Shown: piece by piece, positions 25,918 through 36,926 of the stretch | Position numbering within the stretch: position 1 is the stretch's first letter | Layout: every line of letters starts with the position of its first letter | Assembly (NCBI GenBank): GCA_032718475.1 | Contig: JAUCBJ010007652.1 | Location: 1-42,057 of the forward strand | Source: Nemertoderma westbladi | Taxonomy: Eukaryota > Animalia > Xenacoelomorpha | Direction: 5' to 3' | DNA: 42,057 nt | The notes under the pieces: model-generated | The model's input: only the letters and a program-made list of their open reading frames with translations | What the model was told of the DNA's origin: nothing | Databases searched by the model: none | Translations under genes and position numbers: made by a program

Positions 25918-27816
25918 ATGCCAAGAATACATAAACGACGATTAGGGTCTAGGAAATACCTAGATTTTACTGAAGAAACTCTACAAAAGGCCATTTCTGC
26001 CTTAGAGAATGGTATGAGTCAAAGAGATGTTGCCTCTAAATATAATGTTCCGAGATCAACTCTTCAACGACGCATGAAGAAGCGTGAACCAAATCCACCT
26101 GGACGTCCAACAGTGTTATCACTGGAACAGGAGAAGATTATTATTAACAGAATTCAATTAATGTGCGATTGGGGATTTCCTGTAGATGCCTTTGACCTTC
26201 GCGTTCTTGTGAAAAACATCTTAGATCAAAAAGGGGTTTCCATCAAAATATTTAAAGAGAACTTGCCTAGCAATGAATTTGTATATTCATTTATTCGTCG
26301 TCATAGCTGCCTGACCCAACGTTTAGCTGGCAATATAAAACGTAAAAGGGCCCAAGTAGATGCCACTATCATCAATGATTTCTTTGACCGCTACTCAAAG
26401 GAGGCAGATAGCATACAGCCCGATTGCATTTTTAACTATGACGAAACGAATTTGTCTGACAATCCGGGACAAAAGAAAGTATTAATGAAACGCGGGACCA
26501 AGTACCCAGAACGCGTAATTAATCATTCAAAGTCATCAACAAGTATAATGATGTGTGGCTCTGCAGCTGGTGAATTGTTGCCACCTTTCGTGGTATACAA
26601 AGCCTTGTCAGTTTATACATCATGGACATTAGGTGGACCACCTGGTACGCGATATTCGTGCTCAAAATCGGGATGGTTTGAAACAGCTGGATTTGAAAAC
26701 TGGTTCTCCACATTACTTCTACCAGTGATTAAAAGTAAACCCCCAGATTGCACAAAAGTTGTTGTTGGCGATAATCTGTCAACGCATCTATCGCTGAATG
26801 TCCTACGACTGTGTGAGAAGCACAATATCAAGTTTATTTGTCTTCCACCTAATACAACAGATAAGACACAGCCTCTCGATGTAGCATTCTTTGCACCATT
26901 TAAGCGACGTTGGAGAACGATATTGCAATTGTTTAAGCAAAAAAATCCAAAGATTGAGTCAATACCAAAGAGTACCTTTCCCATCTTGCTTCGGCAACTA
27001 ATATCAGCTGTGACTGACACCCAATCCGCAAATCTAGCCCTGATTGCTGGCTTTGCAAAGACTGGTCTGCATCCAATTGATCGCCAGAAAGTAATTGACA
27101 AGTTACCAGCTGAAACAACACGGAATGGTGATGATACTTCTAATTCTAACTCTGGTATTGAAGTGGACCAAGCATTAATAACCTTGTTAAAACATGTTAC
27201 AGGTCGGGAAGAAGTTGATGTAGTTGCTGGTGACAATGTGCGTAATAGTTCTAAGAGAGGCAAAAAGATGAAGATCGTGGCAGGTCAATCTGTTAGTGCG
27301 AAGGATGTTGAACAACACATGGAGGAACTTATTCAGCAAGATCAGGAGAAGAAACGCAAAGCAGAAGAGAGAAAACGGGATCGTGAAAACAAAAAAAAGA
27401 ATAAACAAGCACTGGTGCAGAGAGGGGTGCGGAAGAAGAAGACACCAAATAGAAGGAGAAAACGGACACCAACACCATCACCTTCAGTATCCGAGACTTC
27501 ATCAGGAGGTGAAAGCGGATGGTCTGATACAGAAACATCTGGATGTGTTGACTCAGAAACAGCGCGATGGACCGACACAGAAACACCTGGATGGGTTAAC
27601 TCAGCAACAGCAGGATGGGTTGACTCAGAAAGAGGAGGGGTTGATTCAGAATCATTGGGATGGGATAACTTAGAAACACCTGGATGGGCTGACTCAGAAA
27701 CAGAGGCTGCTGTTGAGAGTTCAGGAACAGAAGCTGCTATGGAGAGTTCAGAAACGGAGTATGAGTATGAGGGATTTTTAATACCCCCGGAACTGATACA
27801 ACTATGTGACGAATGA
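25918..27816 (+). CDS. pogo-type DD35D transposase (632 aa)
   Basis: N-terminal psq-like HTH (MSQRDVASKYNVPRSTL), CENP-B-type HTH, and catalytic FNYDETN / VGDNLSTH / QPLDVAFF with 35 residues between D2 and D3. Confidence 0.95.
   Translation: MPRIHKRRLGSRKYLDFTEETLQKAISALENGMSQRDVASKYNVPRSTLQRRMKKREPNPPGRPTVLSLEQEKIIINRIQLMCDWGFPVDAFDLRVLVKNILDQKGVSIKIFKENLPSNEFVYSFIRRHSCLTQRLAGNIKRKRAQVDATIINDFFDRYSKEADSIQPDCIFNYDETNLSDNPGQKKVLMKRGTKYPERVINHSKSSTSIMMCGSAAGELLPPFVVYKALSVYTSWTLGGPPGTRYSCSKSGWFETAGFENWFSTLLLPVIKSKPPDCTKVVVGDNLSTHLSLNVLRLCEKHNIKFICLPPNTTDKTQPLDVAFFAPFKRRWRTILQLFKQKNPKIESIPKSTFPILLRQLISAVTDTQSANLALIAGFAKTGLHPIDRQKVIDKLPAETTRNGDDTSNSNSGIEVDQALITLLKHVTGREEVDVVAGDNVRNSSKRGKKMKIVAGQSVSAKDVEQHMEELIQQDQEKKRKAEERKRDRENKKKNKQALVQRGVRKKKTPNRRRKRTPTPSPSVSETSSGGESGWSDTETSGCVDSETARWTDTETPGWVNSATAGWVDSERGGVDSESLGWDNLETPGWADSETEAAVESSGTEAAMESSETEYEYEGFLIPPELIQLCDE
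27514..27700 (+). repeat. In-frame ~24-bp coding minisatellite (GWxDSET)
   Basis: GWSDTETS GCVDSETA RWTDTETP GWVNSATA GWVDSERG GVDSESL GWDNLETP GWADSETE. Confidence 0.8.
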
Positions 27817-30632
27817 ACTCTATGATTTGTTGTATGAAAGGTATAGGAGAGGACTTACAACATAAAAGCTGTAGCACCACAATTTGTTATGCAATTTATA
27901 TGTCTAATGTATGTATATTTGTATATATTAGTGACCATTTTGGTCGGAGCTTTGTGCTATATTATAACCAATATATCTTATGCAAATTGCCCTGATCCAT
28001 GTCTGGTGGATCAGGGTGGTTTTTTAAAACCATGAAAATGGCCCATGTTGCCCCAACAAAGGTTATTTGATCCCTTGATCTAACATATATGAGCAATTAA
28101 CTTGAATATACCATATAATTATACTAGTGGCCCAAGTTTCCCCATCACGTGGCAACTTGGGCCAGTGGAGTTTTTTTAAAAAAATCAGCTTATCCTTCAA
28201 TTATCTGAAGGATAAGCTGATATGACATGAAAATATGGTATCTGATTGTTCTAAAATTGATGAATTATCATGGAGTAGTATATGAGAAACTTAAAAGGTC
28301 GAAACAGTAAGTGGCGAAGTGGTGTCAAGTAACCCCATTTTACGGTAAGTCATACTGTATCAAAATACTAGTTTATTATATAAATTTTGTGTGTGAACGT
28401 GTAAATCTAAATATAGACTATTTTTTAGTATCTAAATTGGATATAATTATTTCTTACTAATGCTCTGATGATGACTTCTTATATAGTAATTTGTATTTTG
28501 TTAACAAATAATGCCTTATCAGTTAATCCTTAAACAGTGCCTTCTAAGAAATTTCTTTCTACATCCATAAATTATTAAACAATAATTTTATCAAGGGGAG
28601 GTAAATTTCTGTACAGACCCCTTAAAGATATGACATTTTTAAATATGATATATATTACTGTATTAGGCCTAATGATTTTATTACTCAATATTTACTATCA
28701 ATAATTATCACTTACCATATCAACCAGTCAATAAACATAGGGCCTAAATTTTATCATTAGCGAACCGTAACTTTTAATATTAACAAACTATAGGCCGATA
28801 ATACATATTGTTATAATGGCGACATATATATTAATATTTTATACAGTATAATAAATATATTAATAAATTACCTGTCAGTGACTGTGTAAATTGTTAACCA
28901 GTCTGCCAGTTAACTGAATAACTAACAAAAATAAAATATATAAATTGCTTTCAAAAGGATAGTCTTATATACTGTAGATAATACGCTGTTTAGCAGATAC
29001 AGTACAGACAGAGATAGATAAACTCTGAAGGACTGAAGGATGCCTGGCATTGACAGGCTCTCCAGCTCTCCTACAGTCAGACAGAAGGAATTAATTCAAT
29101 ACCATAACTGCCATTTTAGGCAGTGCATGTTTTTGACTTGCAATTTTCTATGTCAAATATCTCCAAAACCCAACCATGAAACTCTTACTACATTTTGTAT
29201 TTACCTCCAATATATATCATATTTTCATCCAATGAAATAAAAATGGGGCCCTTTCAGCAGGAAGTTGATAAAAATTCACATTTTATCAGAAATTTGGGGT
29301 AAAACTGCCTAATATGGCAGTGCATTTTTCAAAAATGGCAGTGCGTCTGTGCTGCCAATTCGGGCATGTGTTCCCTACTGTCTGGGTACGATACTGGTCA
29401 GCCGGTACCCTACAGCCCTAATTCAGCCATAGGCTGGTAGCAGGCAGGCAGGCAGGGTAGGCGTCATTACACATTACAGCATTGCATTATGTATAGGCCC
29501 TATATACCGGTAGGCCTATTCGTTCCCCTTCTGCTTCTTTTGTTCTTCATTCTGGCTTTCCCTGTTTCCGCCTTCCGGTGCTGCCGTCTGGCCGTGGCTG
29601 TGTGGTTACCGCTGTACCGGTTCGGTTCCCTGCTCCATGCTCCCTGGTCAGCTGGCAGGCTGGTAGGCCTACCGGACATCTGTGTACTGCAGTACTCCTT
29701 TACTGTACAGAGTACAGGAGTAGGGTAGGCTGGTAGGCTGTAGGCCTACATCCAGACATCAGTGCAGTAGCAGTAGGCCTACATGGCAGCGCAGCATTGT
29801 ACACCTGTCAGCCTGTACACCGCTCAAACGGTATGCTGGTATGCGCTACACCCTTTCTACACAAACTGACATCTGACAAACAACCTCCTCGTCCTCCACC
29901 ACGACCAGTAATCACATTAGCAACCAATCAATGAATCAAACACTGAAACAGAACAGCCCATAACAACTTAAAGCATTTATCAGTTTATAAAACAGTTAAT
30001 ATCATTGCATGTTCAGAAATGCTGCAAAGCCATATGCTGATATGCCATAGGCTATGCCGTATGCCTATAGGCTACCAGTGTCTGAGTGTTGCAGTGTCTG
30101 GCTGTCTGGTGTCAAGGATGTTGTCAGGCTTCCTTGACCTGTTGACAGTGCCACACTTCTGCTGTTCTGCACTTCCACTCCAGCACTCAGCCACTTCCAG
30201 ACTTCCACATACCAGCTGCATACAGACTGACAGATAGACATATACCCGTCTGCCCGTACCGGACCTGTAGCCCTACTGCAGTACTGCATAGGCCTACTGC
30301 AGTACTGACAAGACCAATACTGCAATAAGATTGTAATATCAAGCAAGATGTTTTAGGGATGAATACCGTACCAGTACCGGTACAGCAGTAGCCAGTAGAC
30401 AGGTAGGCCAAGAGCAAAAGTCTGTATGTCTTGTCTTCAATTCCTCACAGACTGGCAGACTGTATGATTTACAGACAACTGGATGGATATAGACGGTTTA
30501 AAAATTATTTTTTAAATCGTCTATATCCATCTGGATATAGACGGTTTTGGAATTGGAGTAGCCTTCACTTAATGGGCATATATCTCAGAATGGCTGAAAG
30601 TGGATATAGACGGTTTTTACTCTCAGCCCACG

Positions 30633-31460
30633 ATGTGGAAGTGATGTATTGTCATACCTTTGGTGCGGCCACGTCACAATGGGTTTTCCACGATCGGTTC
30701 TGATTGATGTTGTGGAAAACTGGTCAAAGTTTAGCGATGAAATGTTGAAGGAAGCGAAGAAACTCCTCCAAGATTGCATACCTGGTAATAAGAGCACTGC
30801 GGCATTTTCTAAGCAACGGAAATCAGGTCAGGGAATGCGTAAGTCAATTGTGAACGACGTTATCGATATGTTTGAGTGCTCGCTGTTTGTTGAGTTGAGC
30901 GATGAGAGAAAACCTCGCTTTACTCCTGCCTGTCTCAGTAATATCCCGCCGTTTAACTTAGCGAGTTCTGATGTAGCGTGTCTCCTGCTGAAACTGTCTC
31001 AGTTATTATTTATTTCATTTATAACCCCGATATATTGCAATGCACTTTGGTGTCGTTTAAATTATTCAAATTCTGTATACAATCGTCTTAAAGTAGCGTA
31101 TAATAAGGCAGCACGTTTATTTTTCAAAATACCGTTTAGGTCTAGCATGTCATTATTTTTTGGAATGAACAATATCCCAATGTTCACTCATTTACGTGCT
31201 CAATCAATTGACAGCATAACTAGAAGGTTAGACTCAAGTGATAGCTCAGTTATTGCTATTGTTAACAATTGTATTACTGGCTCCCGGTGGAAATCAATGC
31301 TTACTATTTATTAATAATATTGTGCTACATACATACATATTTAGTTCATTTAAATAAATAATTATTTTACTGTAGGACCATTGCTTATGTCCAGCAATTA
31401 GTTTTCTTGATACAAATTTATTGTTTTGGATGAATTAAAGAATATAATAATAATAATTAT
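30633..31460 (+). mobile_element. Internally deleted CR1/L2-group LINE (ORF1 N-terminus fused to ORF2 C-terminus)
   Basis: ORF 30649..31314: first half FSDEMLKEAKKLL..NDVIDMF..PRF..LSNIPP..DVACLL resembles CR1/L2 ORF1; second half LFISF..IYCNALW..LKVAYNKAAR..IP..SMS..RL resembles the post-RT C-terminus; (ata)n tail near 31445-31458. Confidence 0.7.
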
Positions 31461-33801
31461 GCCACAACACTACAACACTAGAGAATTGAAAATGGAGAAG
31501 AGTTCAAAATTATTGCACGACCTATCATCAGTTAAGGTTTCCGAATTATCCGTAGTGACTATACAGACACAGCCATGCATGATGCATTTGTGGGAGAGTG
31601 GGAGATGACAGGAATCATTAAGGCCGCATAGATCTCTGGGTTTAATGGCGAAATCTGGGCTTATAGTGTCATTACCGAATCTTTTCCAGTAAAACTAAAC
31701 TGTAAGACACATAGGTTAGGGAGTGTTCAAGTTATGGGCCACCTCTATTGTACTCTCGAAAATGTATTCAAATACCTGCGTGATAATATATTCTATACAT
31801 GATTCCATTGGTGCTGGTCTTCAAAGGAAAATAATTTTGAATAGTCAAGCATTAAATTTTATACTTTTGTGCTTTTGTTTAAACCTTTACTCAACTTATA
31901 AGCATTGTTGATTCGTTTCACTTGACTCTCAGTGACCAACAACACATCGTCACCAACAAAGTCATCTTGATTTAATTTTATAGTAACTGGATCCTCATGT
32001 TAGCTTCACTCAACTCTTTTCTCGGAAACGCAAAACTCCCTCCAACAACTCCCAATCTACTCCACCACCGACCAACCGGCGTTTGTTTACTTATATAGAA
32101 CTTATATCGTGACCATAGAGCCAGAACGACACATACCACAATTTTTCAAAAAAAAATTTTTTCGCCAAAATTACTCAAGATGGCGTTCTACATCTTATGT
32201 TAAAATCCTAGACTTGTATGTCAGTCCGTTTAGAAGGAAGTTGAAAACTATCAGAGGTAAAACAACACATACCACACGTATTCGAAGGAAAACATCTCAC
32301 ACACACCCTAGCAGAGGCAAAATAACCCATACCACACAATGCAATGTATGGCAACTCATGAATATGATAAACGTCAACGAATCAAAAGAAGCCAATTTAT
32401 TCTGGAATATGTATTTAAATTGGCGGCAAATTTGATTAATATGAACTATTCCACACATCGACACGATTTAATCGGGTAATGTAGATTACCGGTACAGTAA
32501 TGTCGTTTTTAGGATTTGATGATGAGCCTTTTCGGCCACAAACAATGTCAGGTCTATTACGTGATGTGAATTCTGTTCTTAATGATGATGGATCCGTGGT
32601 TATTAACTTCAATCGAGTTTTAGTCGAACCAGTTGAAAGTTTTGATACAGATATACTAGGGACAGCATGTGATTATTTTGCAGCTGAGCACCTGCGATTT
32701 TAAACATCTTAACATCATCCAATAATTTTGGCCTCTTTTTTTGGAACCATATTTCACTGCCGCGTTTTTTTGTCGCGATAAGGGACTTTTTTGCCGCTGG
32801 GACTAAAACACAGCAAAAAACAAGTCGTCAAAAATGGACGTTTAGTCATAAACTATTTGAGTACAGTTTTTTAAAGTAATATTTTTAAATCATGTTAGTA
32901 TTGAATCAAACTTAAATTAACATAATACTTATTTTAAAATTAGTTATAACGGAGTTAGGGCTATTTATAGAAATTATCATTTAAATCATATGTGCTCAAT
33001 TGTGAATTCACCAGTGGGTGATGCCAATGTACAAATGGAGAATGTTCATGACTTGGAGTTTACAGAGTCAGATAATATTGCATCATCTAGTTCTAGTGAT
33101 GATGAAGATAATGCTACTTCAAATGTGTCTAGGTATTATGTCCTTCCAGTCAATAGCAATGACGTCGTAGGGAAACATATGAGGAAGCCTGGCAAGGGGC
33201 GAAAGAAGGCCAATAAAGCAGCATGGAAATGTAATGTGCGTAAGTCCGCTAAATCATCTGGTAAGGAATATTTCACCAAAAATAATAAGAAGGAAAAGGT
33301 GCGACGACCTGCAAAAGTTGTGAGAGAAAACCCATGCTGTTCGGCAAAGCGATGTCCAAATGGCTGTAAAGAATGGACCGAAGATGATCGGAAAGCTGTT
33401 TTCACTGGCTACTATAAGCTAAATGAGGTTCAAAAAAATGATTGGCTTCTGGCAAGACAAAATATAAAGCCGGTTAAGAGGCACTATAATGAAGACAAAC
33501 CTGCACGAAAATTTGAAACAGTGTCGTATAATATGCCTAAAGGAGGTGAACTGGTAGATGTGTGTCGAAGATTTCTTACAGCAACTTTGGATATAAGTTT
33601 AGCCAAACTGCGCCATGTACGGCAGAGAAGGACGGGCAACTTTATTGCTAAGAAAGATGAACGAGGTCGCCATGAGCCTAAGAATAAAACACCAGTTAAA
33701 AGAACCAACAAGGTTAGAGATTTTATAGAATCTCTACCAGCTGTGCCCTCTCATTATACGAGGAAAAAAACTAACAAGAAGTATATTCCACCCCAGTTAA
33801 A

Positions 33802-34489
33802 TGATAATTGATGTTAACGACATACTGACTAATAGGAGGTTGGTATGTATATATTAAATTAAATTAATGGAAGAACAGGAGTCTTACACCCCCAATAAAA
33901 AATATAGAATCAGGACATTTAGCCCAAAATATTTCTCGACCCCTAGGGTCATCGAAGAACAACAAACACACAAACACAAACAATAATATAAATACATGCT
34001 AAACATACAGGTATGTGTCGCAACCCTAACCCTAAGCCTACCCACCATACACTAAATGATACCGTTAATAAACTGCACAATAGCTAAGCCTATATTCTAT
34101 AAGAAAATATATGACAATTTTGTCGCCGTGAAAGGGGTATGACTGAGGCAAAAATAATTAATTTGTGAAAAATATGGTTGCGTTTTGGTGTCTTGGACCA
34201 GTACGCGCTAATCCTCGACACCTCGTCAGCTGGACAGGGAATTAGCCAAGCCTATCTATAATGCACCAATGACCTAAATTAATCGCACCATCAACTCTGT
34301 TACCACCTAGCCCAAAACAGAAGTCAGACCACAGAACGCAGGAACCCTATAGGCCTATTGTAAGTAAATATGTTACCAATGGAAAACTGGTGGAATGCTA
34401 GGGCACACACACAGTACAAAATTTAAATAAGATTTTATGATTTGCAGTAATGTCGGAATTGTGCTCCACTTTCATAAGATTAAATAAAG
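33802..34489. mobile_element. 688-bp non-coding insertion without TIRs, 9-bp TSD (probable retro-type insertion)
   Basis: CCAGTTAAA at 33793-33801 and 34490-34498; removing the insert and one TSD restores the reading frame; the ends are not inverted repeats. Confidence 0.88.
34179..34340 (-). ncRNA. Hammerhead-ribozyme-like motif (G12>A variant)
   Basis: Minus strand CTGACGA-ggtgtc-ga-ggattag-cgcgta-ctggtcc-aa-gacacc-AAAAC-gca; upstream tgcgtt-ctg could form stem III and a 3-bp stem I. Confidence 0.4.
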
Positions 34490-36926
34490 CCAGTTAAAGT
34501 CATTGCCCGTTATATACGCGAAGTATACAAAGGAATTAGAAAACGGAGCTGAGATAGAAAAGGAAGAACCTGTTCACTTTTGGAAATTTACAGAAATTTT
34601 TAGAGAATATAACATTTCTGTCCATGTACCCAAAAAGGATAAGTGTGTTCTTTGCTTCAGACATGACCGCGGTGAAGTTGTCGAGGGTTACGATGAGCAT
34701 ATGAAAGAGAAGGAGGCGATATATGAACAGAAAGAAAAATTAGAGGAGCGTTCAAGGAGTGATCAAGGTTTACTTAGTATAACGTTTGATTTGGAAAAGG
34801 TTCTAAACACTCCATTGGGCAAAAGTATGCTGCTTGGGTTTTCTAGAAAGTTAGCTGCTTACAATTTTACTGTCTTCCATACTAAATCCAAACGTGGATG
34901 CTGTTACTTTTGGGACCAGACAATCGTAAAGCGCGGATCAAATGAAATAGCGAGTTGCCTCTGGAAGGAACTGCTGTGGATAGATCTAAATCATCCCGAA
35001 GCTAGTGGGATATTTGCTCAGTGTGATTGCTGCGGTGGACAAAATAGGAACCGCTTGGTATTAACTATGTTTTACTGTTTTCTTCTCCAAAGTAAAAACA
35101 TCAAGACGATCGTTTTACTGTATCTTCTTCCTGGCCATACCTACCTCAGTGCTGATTCGATGCACTCAAGAATAGAACATGCATCTAAAAGTACACAAGC
35201 TTGGGTTCCCAATGACTGGATCCCAATACTGAGTGGAGCTCGTGTTACACCATCCCATTATGAAGTTGAAGGAATCAAAACGAGTGATATTTACAACTGG
35301 AAGAATAGTGAATACCTATTTCCACTAGATCTCTCAAACTCCAAAGGAGAAAAAGTCCCATGGGCTAAACTACATGTTATGCGATTTGAACAATGTGATA
35401 CAGAGGTCCGTATATTCTACAAAACAGCATGCAATGGAGACATGGAACAAGTGCATTTGCAGAAACCAACGATGCGAAACGGCCCAGTTGGGAGGAGGGT
35501 GAAACTTCCTCCACCTGCATATGCCAAAATGCCAAGGGTCTCTCCGAAGCTGAAGAAGGATTTGATTGGGTTGTGTAATTCTGGAGTAATACCGGGAGCA
35601 TACCATCAATGGTATTGGAATATAAAGACCTCTGCTACTGTTGCAGATGAGCTAGCAAGCTCCGATGTAGAAGATGAATACGAAGATATGTATATAGATA
35701 ACTGATAAAAAAACTGCTAAAAAACAGAAAGTTACTACAACTGTAATAATAAACAGTAGGCCTATAAAAAACAAGTAAACAGTATAATAATGTGTAATTT
35801 AACACTACTGTATAATAAACAGTATGTCAGTCTAGGTTTGCATATCCTCATGATTTAATTGCTTAATTAAATGCTAAAATTTGATTTAATTTTAATATTT
35901 GTAATGTTAAACATTTCACATTTAAATATCTATCACACTTTGCCAGGAAAAACAACAAAAACCATTCAATAGTCGAGGAATGATGTGAGTTGTTCTGTTT
36001 CTGTGACAAAATCCTAGAGGTAAAACAACACACACCGACTAGAGTAATGTTAAATTTCAGTATGTGTTGTTTTGCCTCTTTCAAAAATAACGAAAAAAAC
36101 CGTTTTTTTCATTAAGAAAATTAATTCTGAATACTAGACACTATAATAAAATATATCATTGTATCTTCCCAGACCTCTGTCGAAAATTTTAGGAGACGGG
36201 ATCCATGTGGAGTGAAATGAGAAGGTTTTTTGTATTTTTCTCGAAACCACATTTTTTGGTGTGTGTTGTTCTGGCTCTATGGTCACGATATATATGAACT
36301 CACCGAACCGCGCCTTGATGTCAAATTGACATTAAATGATAATTTTCAGTATATTCAAGAACACGTTAGTCAACACCTAGATAGTGCTATGGGATCTTTT
36401 TTAAAAGTAGGTAAATAGTTAAAGTGTTAAGTTAGTAAGTAAGAAAGTAGACTCGAATTTTTTGCTTTTTTTCTTAGATAAATAATATTAGTGCTATTCG
36501 GAAAGAAGTTGAAGCAATACATTATTACAGTTTATATCGAGTATTTAGTAGGAAATCTTAATAATTATTATAGCTAATGGGGGGAATAAGAAATAGTGGT
36601 CATTTTAAGTCATAGTTGGAATAGGGGGACATTTGAGTGCATTTTATTGATTTATATTTATTTGGGCGCAATAGTTACATTCTGTAAGGGAACTCCTCCC
36701 AGTAAAGGTCACCAGAGGGATATCTTTCATCGGTTGTGAGATAGTCGAAACACCATTATACGATTCCACAGACACTCTCTAGTAGAATGCCTACCTCCCT
36801 TCCCATGTAATTTCCGGTTTCGCTCAGGGATCATACTGTCGGCCCACGAGTGACCTGTCGAGGATATACGTTAGACCCCAGAAGCAGTGTAATAAATAAG
36901 AGGGTTCGTGCTACACTGATATTTAA

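Larger units (their letters stand above)
25249..28345 (+). mobile_element. Full-length pogo-family transposon (3097 bp)
   Basis: TIR ccgtaatctggggttacttg / caagtaaccccattttacgg (18/20); TA on both sides; repeated subterminal acttgggcca motifs; intact transposase. Confidence 0.93.
24183..29380. mobile_element. Non-autonomous DNA transposon with ~270-bp imperfect TIRs and 5-bp TSD (superfamily uncertain)
   Basis: 19-bp perfect outer TIR cagtagggaacacatgccc; inverted similarity continues over ~24183-24450 vs 29109-29380; TCTGG at 24178-24182 and 29381-29385. Confidence 0.85.
14690..30632 (+). mobile_element. Sola1-type DNA transposon A (15.9 kb including nested insertions)
   Basis: 32-bp TIRs cgtgggtcgagagtaaaaaccgtctatatcca (14690-14721) and 30601-30632 (30/32); repeated subterminal cgtctatatcca motifs at both ends; encloses a Sola1-like transposase; same CGTG terminus as element B. 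No TSD (TGTA vs ATGT). Confidence 0.8.
32990..35705 (+). pseudogene. Sola1-type transposase (672 aa when rejoined) disrupted by an insertion
   Basis: Joining 32990-33801 to 34499-35705 gives KKYIPPQLKSLPVIYAKY in frame. Motifs VCRRFLTATL, SHYTR, PKKDKCVLC; triad FDLEK / CDCCGGQN / GHTYLSADSMH. Confidence 0.92.
32108..36287 (+). mobile_element. Sola1-type DNA transposon B (4180 bp)
   Basis: 31-bp TIRs cgtgaccatagagccagaacgacacatacca (29/31); 4-bp TSD ATAT (32104-32107, 36288-36291) fitting the AWWT preference; subterminal gaggtaaaacaacaca repeats. Confidence 0.93.

Noticed and set aside
26613-27673. Overlapping and antisense ORFs (216 aa, 125 aa) in the pogo, and similar ones over the Sola and gag regions
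   Set aside because: Shadow frames of the real coding sequences, with no recognisable motifs.
33796-34493. The insertion in Sola1-B as a spliceable intron using GT/AG within the TSD
   Set aside because: It would remove 698 nt rather than 697, causing a frameshift; later donors lie after the stop at 33809-33811.
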